DNA of 64,000 nucleotides from Microthyrium microscopicum. Lineage: Eukaryota. The stretch is from NCBI GenBank assembly GCA_010405405.1, contig MU004244.1, positions 313,895 to 377,894 of the forward strand, read 5' to 3'. Positions 52,112-64,000 of the stretch are shown in pieces. The notes beneath the pieces are model-generated. The model was not told the DNA's origin, searched no databases, and worked only from the letters and a program-made list of their open reading frames with translations. Positions within the stretch are counted from its first letter, which is position 1. Each line of letters opens with the position of its first letter. The position numbers and the translations under genes are program-made.

Positions 52112-54159
52112 TCATCCCCGTGCAAGCATTTCCGCTTCCTCCATGTCCATATCGTCATCAAAATCATCATCCATCATCCCAGCATGAAACATCTCATACG
52201 CGGCGGCGGCGTCAAAGTCCCCCTCATCGTCATCATCATCATCTTCTTCATCTTCATCTTCACTGTCGAAGCCTTCTGAGAATTCCGAGTCATAATAGGC
52301 CGGACCAGACTCGCTGAGCATCCACAGGTTCTTTGACTGGGCAAATGGATCACCAGAATCTGCAGACGCATCAATAGCGAACGTGTTATGAGCCAAATGG
52401 CCATTATGGTCTAGTGGCAGTCCATGATCATTGAAGAACGCCGAGTCGAAAGCGATGAATCGGTTTGACAGCTCCGCGACAAATGAGTTTTCCGCAGGCT
52501 TGATATCACTGACACTGAGTCGAATCTGCTGGGACAAAGGGTGGAGATAATAGCGCGCAGAACCGTCCACTACTTGGTCTGCAATCTTGGTGACTTTGAC
52601 GTCTGAAGAAAGTTTCCAGGCCGCCTTCTTTGGCTGGAGGCATTCGTTGGCTTCAAATGACTTGAGATTTGGCAGGGCCTTAGGCAAAGCCTCGAGGAAT
52701 TCTTTCCAGGTGTCGGTACTCGACCATTTCTACAACCAGTTAGTGTTGATCTCATGGTGTAGCAATCAATATCCATATTCACCAATCGATAAAGACTTAG
52801 ATGTTCTATGGTGTTGAATTTGCCGAGAACCTCGATGAACAGTGGCACGCCTGCGTATACTATCTTCCCAAGCTCTAGTTTTTGCAAATGAGGTAGACTA
52901 GAAACTATTAGCTTGTGTTTTATGGACTATAACGACATGCAACGAATGGCGTAGTCCCATCCGCTTCGGTATCTGCCATCGCTCTCGATGAGGAGAAGAG
53001 ACCTTGATGTCCATCGCACTCGACAAAGTGGAGCCAGGTTCCGGCGTCGATGGGTAGGAAGGCCCTATAGCGAAAAGCGAAATACACGAGAGCCAGCGAC
53101 TGACATGGAGATACACCATGTCTCTTGGCAAGCCGTTACGGAACAGAATAACTCCGATTGAGATGTTGCTTGAAAGTGTTCTTACCTGACAGAGGTCTTT
53201 TTGAGCATCATAAGACAGCTATTTGCATTGCCGTTAGTCGGCATGTGATATTGCTGAGCTCCTTCGAAATTGAGTCGCAAGTGCTGCATATTGGGAACTT
53301 GTTCTAGGAAAGTCTGGATTCCGAGATCCTCTGGTCCAGCATGTGAAGCTTTCAGACACAACATGGCCTTTTTGAGATGAGACAAGGTCGCTGTAAATGT
53401 CTGTCGGTGGGTTTGTGGCACAAGTGTCTCCATTGAGGTGTCAAACGCGCTGAGACCATGCCGTGTGATTACCTCAAATGCTTCGAGATTGACCTTGGCC
53501 TTAGCTGCGACATACAGCATCTTACTTGGTATGCCGTCAGATGACGGGGAGTACGGTAGAACGTCACGATACAAGATTTTTTCCAATGTCTTGATGTAGT
53601 AGCCGCGAAAGGATGTTCTCTCACGCGGTCGAAGGCGATTAGAGACGAAGTCGCGAATCTGGATGGTCTTGAGCTGTTGTAATGCCTCAAAGGCGAGTTG
53701 AAGCGTCTCTAGACAGGCTCCGGTCTGGAGACCCCATTTCCAACGTTGTACCGCTTCATATGCAGGTCCTCTTGTGTTCACAAGCTTTTTTTCTTATTAG
53801 GAAACGTGTCCAGAGGCTGGTGAAAGGAACTGTCCTTTATAACTTACAATAAAATTTGGCTCCATCCACTCATTGCCAACAATGACAGTCTTCACATATT
53901 TGGACAGCTCAGCATGTTGCGAGATGTCAAGCAAGTTCTGAACGCTATCGGGGTGGATGAAAATTTGACGGATGGAGAAGAACTCCAAGGCGAAGTAATG
54001 AAAAAGCTTTCGCTCGATGGTTTTGCAAGAACGGCGTAAGTTGCCCAGGTCGATTGTCGTCAGGTTGCCCGAAATGTTGAGCAAAAGCTCGATGGGAAAC
54101 TCAGCGAGGTTGCGAGTTGGAGAGCCTATGATAGGGAGAGTTTGGGTATCAGAGACCAT
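52112..54159 (-). CDS. F-box-like protein with LRR-like repeats and acidic C-terminus
   Basis: LAEFPIELLLNISGNLTTIDLGNLRRSCKTIE (F-box), LxxLxL-type segments, D/E-rich tail; three introns including one of 288 nt (52898-53185). Confidence 0.72.
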
Positions 54160-54706
54160 GATGGGTGACGGCGGATTTTCTTAGGTCGTGTGGTCAAGAT
54201 TTTTGACGAGGAGAAACAGTGTTGAAAAGTAAGAAGAAAGGTCCAGACGATGAAGGAAAAATTAAATTTAAGTCAACCGAGTTGTCGAAGGATCAGGTGT
54301 GAACATTGGGGGATGAGCTTGAGGTTTGACGCGACAAGGCAGAAGTCGCGAAGCTGGCACGAACTCACATGATCAGCCTCACCTCCTGAAATCTCCATAA
54401 TGATTGAACATATCCGCCGTACCTACTCTTTAGCACCTCCTCAATGAAGAAAGCTTTTGATCCTTATTGAATTTCATCCTTGAATCACCTTTCTACCAGT
54501 TTAGTAGTAAACGAATAACTCAATAAACAATACACGGTAGAAAAAAAGTAACCTGGCATCGATGGTTGGCGGAGGGCAGGAATTGGCCAATCGGCGCCCA
54601 TGCTTCAAAGTGACGTCTAGCACCGTGACTTCTTCAATGTTTATCGTCAGATCGTTTCGCAAATTTGCAATCCCATCTAGTCTGCTCGATTTAAAGGGTG
54701 CTAGTC

Positions 54707-55939
54707 ATGGTCACATCTTCTGATGATGATGAGGAGGAGGTCGGTCTCATCGTTGCAGCAAGCGTAAGTGATGACCGCTGTTGCGTCTATCGCCAGCTAA
54801 CATTCCGTCTACAGGACGCAGTACTCAAGCCCCTTCGTTATGCGACATCCAAGCCTGCTCAACGAGTCTATTTAGGAACGCTGTTCTTCCTCTTGACCGG
54901 CCTGACGCTTCTAGGTTTCGCCATCACCGCATACCTTCTCTTCTACTACTCCTACGTCCCAATTCGCGGCTTTTCACAGCCTATCTATCTACAATTTGAG
55001 CCAGGCAAGCATCCATATGGCATAGTACAGCTACAGAAAGGTCATGTAGTGTCCGACCAGCCGTACGATGTAGATGTGCACCTCAATCTGCCACGAACAC
55101 CTACAAATACTGCTGCGGGAAACTTCATGATTGATGTTCAGCTATTTGCGCCATCATCAACTACATGGACTGAGAACACGCCTAAAGTTCTGGTCGCAGA
55201 ACGAAGACCTGCCATCATGACCTATCATTCGCCTACTCTAGAGCATGTATACAAGGCTGTAGAGTTACCGTTGTATATCACAGGCTGGCGAAAGGAAGCT
55301 GAGAAGCTGACTGTACCACTATTGGAAGGCGTGGAGTTTGCGCGAGGCTGGCAAACTGTCCCAACCAGTGTACGGATTGAGCTACAAAGTGCAACTCCGC
55401 TGCAGGTGTATGAGATGACTATTGCTTTCAGAGCTCGGTTGCGGGGCATCCGGTACATTGACCAGTTCTAATGTGAAAATCAACTGACAAATTATAGGTA
55501 CATGATGATCAACTATCGCCTCAGCTCGTTCGTATTCTTTACCTCCATATTTTGGAGTGTAGAGATGACCATCGCGGCATGCATATGGGTCGGCCTATCG
55601 TTTGTGTTTACAGGCAAGCAGTCACAACAGCCAGCTGTAGAACAGAAATCAGAACCTCAAATCAAGGCGGAAGGAGACATCCTTCCAGAAACGAACGCTG
55701 AACCATCATCTCCCCCGGCAACACCCAGGATCAAGGATGAAAATGACCCAGAAAGCGTGTTGGAAACATATCCACAAGCCACAGAAGCGGACGTTGAAGA
55801 TGAAGAGGCTGGACCAGGTTCTTCCCATAAAGCCAGATATTCAGATTCTGGTCTAGGAACAAGCTTTGAAAGCAGCCATGGATCAGCAAGAAGGGATGTG
55901 GTTCGGCGGAGATCTTCAAAGAACCTCACGGAAGACTAG
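54707..55939 (+). CDS. SEI1: Seipin (lipid droplet biogenesis)
   Basis: TM1 AYLLFYYSYVP, IYLQF, QPYDVDVHLNLPRTPTNTAAGNFM, LQVYE..F.ARLRGIR|YMMINYRLSSF TM2; two introns. Confidence 0.93.
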
Positions 55940-56974
55940 CTGTCATCCAGAGGGCACGAGTATCTTGATGGTTGTGATTAGAGAGCAAGGCGTTTGGGAA
56001 ATATATGAGCTTATTTCTTTGAGATACCCCTAATTGAAATATGATTACTGGCCGATTAACTTCATGCCAATAAGGCTGCATCACCCCCAAAGGCGCATAT
56101 ACAATCTTCAAAGTGGATAACATGCTCAATAATGGAACTCCTGGGCTCGATCAAGCTGCTTAATCATCTTGTGGCATGCAAGTTGTCTGCTATCAGCAAT
56201 CAGCTCATCTCAGCATTGTAGATGTCACACCCATATAATTCTCAAATGAAGCCATTAGGCTGACACATATGCGGCCTCGTGCTCTACCGCGTTCCGTCCT
56301 TCCGCGAACAACGTGCCAAGTCACGAGCGGATGCCTACAAAACGTGCTAGAGGGTTTCGGCGGCCAGATAATGCAGCTCGGCTCCGGCCGCTAGAAAATC
56401 CGGGATCCGGCTGCATCCAGTTTCAAATTTCAATGATGCCTAACGACTTCACGAGAAGCACGATGGAACCGGAAGAATTGCAATCTCGTGCTTTAATCTG
56501 GTGGTTTATCTGTAGAACAAATAGCGGGTTTCTACAGATTGTATCTGCGGTACTACGAATAGGCCTCGAGAACAAGGTTCTCTCTCTCTGCCAACATGTA
56601 ATGGATTTGCAATCCGATCCGAGCTCAAAGGCAGTAAACATCATTAAAAGTGATACCATCTGAGTAATTGCTATAAGCAAGGTTAATAATGCTCAAGAGG
56701 CCGCACCAAAGCCAATCGCTCAAGATCACAACTTCCAAGTCGTGATCTTGATCAGAACCAGAGACAGTCTCACTCGTGATTGGACGTCTTTGATATCAAA
56801 GATGTCAGCACTTGGTTCCTTACAAGGATCATTAAGTCCATCTATAATCCGGCTGGTGGGATGGAGTTTATCGGCTTTGGTGATCATCCATCAAAAACCA
56901 CCACAATTTGCCAGGATAGCACTTGATGAGTTGATCAGCAACACGGATTGAGGGGCAATTCTGGTGCCAAAATA

Positions 56975-57120
56975 CCGAAAACTTCTGTTGAAACGCACAA
57001 AGCTAGCGTGGTTTCTCTTGCAGGGGGCGCGTCGGATTTAGGGGACCCTCACTATTGCTTAGGGACAAAACCTCGCTGGAAAACCGCGCTAGCTTTGTGC
57101 GTTTCAACAGAAGTTTTCGG
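56975..57120. mobile_element. 146-bp MITE (Tc1/mariner-type, TA flanks)
   Basis: Perfect 34-bp inverted repeats CCGAAAACTTCTGTTGAAACGCACAAAGCTAGCG (56975-57008 / 57087-57120), extendable to 40 bp with one mismatch; TA on both sides; no coding capacity. Confidence 0.8.
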
Positions 57121-58381
57121 TATATTGTCCATACCAACATAGCAACTCAAAAATACTGATACCATGGAATCCATCTCGACAGGCAAGCAGCGAGGACTTG
57201 CTCTATACGGACAATCTATCACACAATGTACTACCAAGACAATTATGAAAATTTCTAGGAACAGAATTTGCTAGTATTCTCCATAGTAAAAAAATGCAAG
57301 CTCGATACATACCTTAACATCTGACTCCATGGTTTTCTATCAAGATGCAGTAGCGCCAAAATCTATCCATCCGTTTTTTCCGTCCGCCGACCAACGGAAC
57401 CTAAGAAATCCCTTGGAACTCATTGGAGTGTGCCTACCAAGACTCCAACAACGTTCTCTCGTGCATATTTTGATCTTTGCAAGTCAAATCTGAGTGCCGA
57501 GTCTGCCGTTGCGGCACCAAAGCAAACAACTGCCACAGACCCCTGCATAGAACGGCCCGCAATGAGAAAATATGTTCAAAGCATTTTGATCAGGCGGATG
57601 CGCCTTTCGAGCTTTCTTGTTGACATGCATGGAGTACAGTTCGTGCGAGCAGGAAAGTGAGGCAGCAGGATGATTGATTGTTGGCTGCGTTACACCCAAT
57701 AATTTGAGGCCCCCTATCGAGCGCAGGCATTCTCACCGCTTGCTGCTGCTTTTGTTTGCGCTGGGGTACATTAGCTTCTCCCATGCCAGACAGCTGAGCC
57801 AGGCCAATGCGAACGAAAATGAAAGATAGATGCACTGTTGTCGTTTTAATGTAATAGATTACTTTCGAGCTTCGAGGCTCAATAATTGTACCGGTGGCGC
57901 CCGGAGAGCCCGCAATCGGTCGAGATGTTTGGACCGTGCGATAGAGGTTCGTTCCTGAAGGACGAGGGTCCATGACACGGACACTTGGTGCATTGTTTAG
58001 CGAGGCCGCTGTCGGTATCGGTGCCGAACATGCGAAAATATTTGGAACTATCATCGTGAGAATGATTGTGATGAAAGTTAATAGACAAATCACTGCGATA
58101 GAGAAGATGGAATATGTTTTGATAAATGGTTTTTCATCATTGTACTATATAATTGCCAATTAATGGCTGGCAGGAGCCTCAACACCCAAATTGGGGGAGA
58201 ACATCAACTGCCTGTAAACTCTTGAGTAGAGTAGAAGTATCCCGAAAACATTTCCATCCATGAGTGGTATTTCCCATGATATCGTAAAAAATCCAAATGC
58301 TATGCTTCGCTGGAACGCTGAAAGAGTCGCTTTAATCAATCGATGTTGTTCGTGACAGGTCATGAAAGGTTGCACTGCAAC

Positions 58382-59107
58382 TTAGTATGCCTGTATCAGC
58401 GGTGTTTCTCTTTCGTGCATGATATAATCTCCAGCTTGTATAAATGGTTGTTGCTTGCTCATCGTAAGCTCGATAATGTCCTTTTCACTGAACTCGAGAA
58501 CGGCTTGAGGTGGGGTGGTGGGTGGGGATGAATCATCTTCTGAATCTGAGTCGTGGACAAGCTCGGGTGGATGTGATGATGTGCGGGTAAGAGCTAGATC
58601 GTCGTTGTCTTCGAGGTCTTCGTAGCCCATTTCCTCTTCATCTTCGTCGAGTTCCCGTGATGAGATGGTGACTGGTGATTGCATGATGTTGCGGGGAATT
58701 GCCATTTCGAAATCATCCTCATCGAAATCTGAATCGCTGTCGGAGTCTTCAGAGTCGTCATCTTCCTCCTCGACAATGGTATCGGCCCAGCGAATGTGCT
58801 TTGGCTCTTCTTCCTTTTGTGCCTTCTTGACAGAAGCGTTGAACCAGGCTTCTTGTTCCCGTTCGGCATCTCTAAGCTCAATCATGAGGGCATCGAGAAG
58901 GTTGGCATGACCGACGAGGAGGCGGAGGTTGTGATCAGGTCGCATGGCTTCCTTACCAAGCTTTGATCTGGCAGAGGAAGCAATGAAGTATGTTTGTGAT
59001 AAAGACATCTTTTGTTTCTTGGATGGTGGTGGGGATGCTGAAGATCGAACGACAGTAATAGCGTCAGTGTCTTCAATGGAAGTGAATTGTCGAAGTCTGG
59101 AAGGCAT
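58382..59107 (-). CDS. ECM13-like conserved fungal protein with acidic region
   Basis: SLSQTYFIASSARSKLGKEAMRPDHNLRLLVGHANLLDAL motif followed by D/E-rich tracts; intronless. Confidence 0.75.
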   Translation of the reverse strand: MPSRLRQFTSIEDTDAITVVRSSASPPPSKKQKMSLSQTYFIASSARSKLGKEAMRPDHNLRLLVGHANLLDALMIELRDAEREQEAWFNASVKKAQKEEEPKHIRWADTIVEEEDDDSEDSDSDSDFDEDDFEMAIPRNIMQSPVTISSRELDEDEEEMGYEDLEDNDDLALTRTSSHPPELVHDSDSEDDSSPPTTPPQAVLEFSEKDIIELTMSKQQPFIQAGDYIMHERETPLIQAY

Positions 59108-59820
59108 TGTGTAAGAATGGGCCAGGTAGGCTTCTTTAATAATTGTGCGATAGGGCGTGGTTTCAATGGTTGATTAGGTGCTGTGACTCAAGGCAGCGAA
59201 AAATGGCGTTTTCGATATCTGTGATGACTGGATCTGAGTTTGGAGACCGTGCTAGCCAATAGGGGACAGGGATCTGAGAGTGTGCCTGGTGGGAGTATGT
59301 GATAATGCAGAGTATTAGGCTTCTACAAGGCTGGTTTGAGGTTGTATGAACTAGTATTGTTCTTGAAGATTGTTGGATAAAAATAATTGATAGTTGGAGT
59401 TGGAATTGGACTGGACGGATGGGGACGGGGTGTAGAGGTTTATGTATAGCGAATGTAGAAGAGTACAGGCCAGCAGAAACAGTGTAGGGAGACTAGACTA
59501 CACCCATAATCGAAAAGTGATGGTCGGCGACCCTCCCCCATGTATGTTGTGCTTTACATAATTCCACCAATCACACGCAAAATAGCCTGTGGCTTTGGGT
59601 GGTAGAAAATTAGGCTATTTCGTACTATCTTATAAAGCGTTCTAAATATTAAAGTGGTATTCTATAATTAGTGTGCTAAAATTAGTGTTTTAGCTACCGT
59701 TTAAAAGCTCTTGATCTAAACATGTCTATTTAGATATCTCTTAATATTCTCTTACCTATTTTGTATATAAATTAATTGTTTTTATCCCATACTCTTATTA
59801 TAGACCCTATTTAGTTAGAA

Positions 59821-60889
59821 ATAGCTCAAATTAAAGCGGGATCAATCCTATCTTAATATGGACGCCATATTACGAACTATAGACGATAGGCTATTATTAG
59901 AATGCTTCAAATAGGTGAACCTATCTCTAGAATTGCTAAATCTATTAGTATTAGTAAATCTACTATACGTCTTTATTGCGCTTATCTTAATTAAGTAACT
60001 AGCAAGTATATTAAGCGCCCTCATTATACCCTTAGTCGCATTCTAGAGATATCTAACTTTATACGCAATTTTATGCTAGAGATACTAGCACAGAAGAAGA
60101 CTCTCTACCTAGACGAAATATCGTTATTACTATGGCAAGAGCTTAATGTGAGCCATAGTAACTAGGTAATTTAGAGAGAACTACAACGCGTAAACTAGAC
60201 GAAGAAGCAAGTACGTTAACTATATTACCTTATAATTCCTATACTAATCTAGCTTCTTTTAGGTTAAAGAGATTACTTAACAACGCTGTAGCCTTTAACG
60301 AGACGTATATTTTAAACGTATAAGTATCTATACTTCTAAATAGCTAGTTTTTATAGATAAGAGCAGTAGTAGTAAACTAGATACTTGCCGTTAAACAGGA
60401 TAGAGCCTATAGGGTATTATTGTAGAGTCGTTTAAGCGATTAGATTACTTTAAAAGGAAGAACTTGCTACCAGCTTACACTAGTGACGGCTTTCTTACTA
60501 AGTTAATTTATAAGGCAAATATGGATCAAGATAGCTTTAAATAGTTCTTAGAGTATACTCTTCTACTTATTTATAGTGTCTACCCTACTCCGTATAGTGT
60601 TATTATTATAGATAACGCTTCTTTTTATTATAATAGACGAATTCAAGAGATCTACGACTCACAAGGGGTTAGATTGGAATATTTACTACTATATTCCCTA
60701 GATCTTAATCCAATTAAAGCCTTCTTTAGTAATCTAAAGTCTTAGCTAAAGTAGCATCGTCTTGACTTTAATAGAGGTTAAACCCGTAAAGAAAGGTTTT
60801 AACTTTTTATTAATATTTTTAAAGAAGGAGTTTATATGCTAAGAGAGGATAAACAGCGCGCGAAAGTATATTTTAGATATGCTAGATAG
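59821..60889 (+). pseudogene. DD34E (Tc1/IS630) transposase, RIP-mutated
   Basis: HTH-like ISRIAKSISISKSTIR; intron 60211-60262; LVFID(E>K)S, II(M>I)DNASF(H>Y), EYL(PP>LL)YS(P>L)DLNPI(E>K); 34 residues between D and E; in-frame TAA/TAG consistent with C>T and G>A changes. Confidence 0.9.
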
Positions 60890-60949
60890 CTATACTAAAT
60901 ACTTATATTTTTTTCAGAATTAAATTCCATTGTTTTATTATAGTAATCT

Positions 60950-62758
60950 TATAATAATAAAGTTAAGTTTTGGTAGTAGTCTTCTAGATTAGCTACTTTG
61001 TAGAATCTTAAGTTATGTTTTGTTAGATTAAGATTATTTAGATAAGATAATGTCCTATTTAGGTTTAGTGCTTATCTATCTAGGTTTAGCCTATATACAA
61101 TCTTAAATTATAAGAGCAAGATTTGCTTATACCTTACGACATTATCTCTTCAGACTTCAATTATTAACTATTTTGAACGCCGTTTATTACAAAAACAACT
61201 TAAAAGAACTAAATTATATCTTAAGGGAACTCGCAATATGTCTATCTATTAAAGAAGGGTGTTCTTCTTGCATCCAAACCTTATCCTACTACTCTTTAAC
61301 GGTATCTTGCATCTTAGTTAAAATAAATTCATTTATTATCAAATCCTAAGCATAAAACTAAACAATCTCTCTCTCTTAAAGATAAAGAGGGCGCATAAAA
61401 CGAATACGCATAATAAAAATTACCTTTTTAACTATAACTTCAAAAGGGTTAGTTCTTTAAACTTCACTACTAGTAAGCTTCTTCATGATCTAAGGCTCAA
61501 ATCTACTTAGCTTATTAAAGACATTAGTATTAGGGTAGATCTTTAGATATAGGTAATTAATTATATCTATTATTAAAGTTAAAGCAGTATTAAATGCCCC
61601 TATATAGTTATGAATTACGACTCTAGCTCTAGAACTAACAGAATCAATAGGTCCTAGTTAATGAACTCGTTATTGTTAAATAACGTTATAAATAGCTATA
61701 GAGGGATACGCGATGTTAATATTTAGAGTCTAGCTAGCCCATTCTAAAGCCTAAAGAATAAGTAATTCCTTATCCATAAAGTAGCAGTGATACGCATTAT
61801 TAGTCTAGCAAGCCTTCTTTTTGTAATAAGGACAGGTGCCGTATTTACAGGCGTACTTTATTATCAATTATCCGTATTTATTAAGCACGTCGTCATCTAG
61901 CTAATCATCTCCGTTGGCAGTGTTTTAGGAGGCATTTTAATTGCCGAGCGAGTTGTTTTAGCTTACTTTAGTATCCTAACCTTGCAGTTCTTACACCATC
62001 GTAGATACTAAAGTTCTAACAACGTCATCAGTTCTAATAGTAGTACTAAAAGCTTCAAAGGAAAGGATCAACATAAATATTAGCTTCCAATCCCAATAAG
62101 AAGTAAACTAGGAGTTAATCTTATCGTCAAGAGGCCTAAATTAATCAAGTTCTTCTCCATTATCTTATTATAGAGGGTGTTTAAGCAAAGGGCAAGCAAA
62201 TTCTAGTATAATCTTCCTTAAAATTACTAACGTTAAAGAATATAGGATTAGGTCTAAAGAGATAGTATATGCATACCATAGACATCCCTTAATAGCAAAA
62301 TGCTAATCTTGAAGGCGTATAATCTTCTTGTAGGCTAAAAGGATAGTACTAAGGTTATAAAAGAAGATATAATTAAATTCACCCTTCAAGATAATGCCCT
62401 TCCCTTAACACTTTACAAAATATTTAACGACAATATTGAAGTCTTTAGGAATCTCAACTTTATCGTTTGCAGCGTTCTTAGCCTCTGATTAGTCTAATTC
62501 TGTCTTATTAGATCTTACAGATTGTGGTAGTAGGGACGCAGGTGTTTAAGATTATAGAGGATTAATTTGAAGGCTCAAAGAACTTAACGGTGAGGGTAGA
62601 ATACAATTATAGTTTAAAGGTACTAGCGTTACTAGTATAGAAGATATAAAAGAGCTAATAGTAGTATTTGCTTTAGCTTTAGCTAAAGGCTTTTGAACGC
62701 GTCCACTAGCACGTTTTTAGGGAGCAGAATAAACAAAAGATTTAGCTTTACGACCTAT
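60950..62758 (-). pseudogene. Second, RIP-degraded gene inside the transposon, with a Cys/His motif
   Basis: Starts ATA (ATG before RIP) GRKAKSFVYSAP*KRASGRVQKP; long frame broken only by RIP-type stops; GTATGC..TAG intron near 62227-62276; CKYGTCPYYKKKAC*TNNAYH near 61785-61850; 3' end approximate. Confidence 0.6.
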
Positions 62759-64000
62759 ATTGAGCGACGGTAAGGTTGAATTACGATTAAATTTAATAAA
62801 GGAACGAGAAAGTTGAAGTGATGGTAAAGTAGCAAGAATACGTACTTCACTATTAAGATAAATTATATATTTAGTATATTTAGCTTTAGTAAGAGCTAAT
62901 ATAACTTAGAAACAGCTAAGATAACTTAGAATAAGCATGGTAGAAGAGTAGACATTAATTATTTAGTAGACTAGAAGAAGCTAATTATTGTAGTTACTAT
63001 AACATAATATAAACACCAAGATCTGGCATACTAACGCCTAAAACTAGCACCAAAAGATCTAGCGCCAAAAATAACCAGAGTTTCACAGATTCCAGTTCTA
63101 CAGGCTATTTTACGTGTGATTGGTGGAATCTGTGAAAATCTAGCAATTACTACATACAAGGGGGTGTCTGAGCGACCATCACTTTTCGATTATGGGTGTA
63201 GGAGGTGGATGGATGAGTGTGTAAGCCCGGTTCAGCCGACCGTGGATGGTAAATCTAAAGCCCGTCGGATTCTCGGACGCGAAGGGTGAAGATGCCAAAG
63301 CAGACGTCCCAAAGCAGCCAAGCTAAGCGGTGTAGGCTTGTTGGATCTGTGATTCAGCAGTGATTCTTGTGGTCGCCTGGCTCCAAGCTTGCCCAAGCTG
63401 GCTTCGGTGTCGGTCAGACTTCGTACCACCTCGCTAAAACCTCTCCAAATCCCCCCTAATAACTCTAATCTTCTGCGGCGTTTACTAATGTCCCGTCCAC
63501 TCAGAAGCCCGCATTCATCGCGTCATCTCAACTCATCTCAGTTTTGCATTCCAAAGCAGCTTGGTAGGGCGCCCTTCTGACTGTTGTCATTGACTCTGTA
63601 GTGCTGCTTGTACTGCGACTGGTTCATACATTTCTAATCCAAAGCCCCGAAGTCAACCAACCACACACTGTTGCTTTCGGCCTCATCATACGCTCCGATC
63701 GGATTCCTAAACTCCTCTCTCAGCGACACATATTACCCCATTGGGGATTTATGCCTCTATTCTCGTTATCTCCTCCATTACGATAGCTTGCGTTATGCTT
63801 TGCACACTCGTAGAATTGACTGTCCGATCGACCAATCTAGTGGTGATTTAACTTCACAGCCTAAACTGCGGGTACTGCGTCGTCACCAAGAGTTTCATTG
63901 TTCATCCACAAGCCATGGCGTTGTATAGGAGCAACGAGTCCTTTGCAGATATTCAAGGCAGCTATTTTTCTTCTGCTTGTCCAAATTAGGTGTTCTTGTC

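Larger units (their letters stand above)
59501..63198. mobile_element. RIP-inactivated Tc1/IS630-like DNA transposon, 3698 bp, two genes
   Basis: Perfect 26-bp TIR CACCCATAATCGAAAAGTGATGGTCG (59501-59526 / 63173-63198), imperfect extension to ~92-100 bp, TA at 59499-59500 and 63199-63200; AT/TpA-rich interior. Confidence 0.93.

Noticed and set aside
53782..53847. Apparent stop/frameshift in the F-box-like gene
   Set aside because: Explained by a GTAAGT...CTAAT..AG intron; not a pseudogene.
57590..58093. 167-aa ORF with hydrophobic N-terminus
   Set aside because: Begins at GTG with an in-frame stop upstream, the first ATG lies after most of the hydrophobic stretch, and no family is recognisable; cannot support it as a gene.

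Overview
Gene-dense window from a filamentous ascomycete (Pezizomycotina, probably a Dothideomycete; inferred from ~50-nt GT-AG introns, gene content and RIP). It holds about 21 intron-containing protein genes. The first 10 kb is a run of secreted proteins: thaumatin-like, cerato-platanin, AA9 LPMO and two orphans. Then come a DENND11-like gene, a SmgGDS/Bem4-like gene, VPS35, an EMC10-like gene, an FAD monooxygenase, a Sfl1-like HSF factor, HPT1, a BBE-like oxidase, a 1.7-kaa disordered protein, HAS1, DUF1365, isocitrate lyase, HMT1, an uncharacterised conserved protein, an F-box-like gene, seipin and an ECM13-like gene. Mobile DNA comprises a 146-bp TA-flanked MITE and a 3.7-kb RIP-degraded Tc1-like (DD34E) transposon carrying a second gene. 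The standout is a tRNA-Arg(CCG) gene (21066-21186, minus) that folds into a complete 72-nt cloverleaf only after removal of a 49-nt intron between nt 9 and 10. That intron has spliceosomal (GTACGT / TACTAAT / TAG) signals rather than tRNA-endonuclease features. Exon boundaries were read by eye and family calls come from motif recognition, not database searches.
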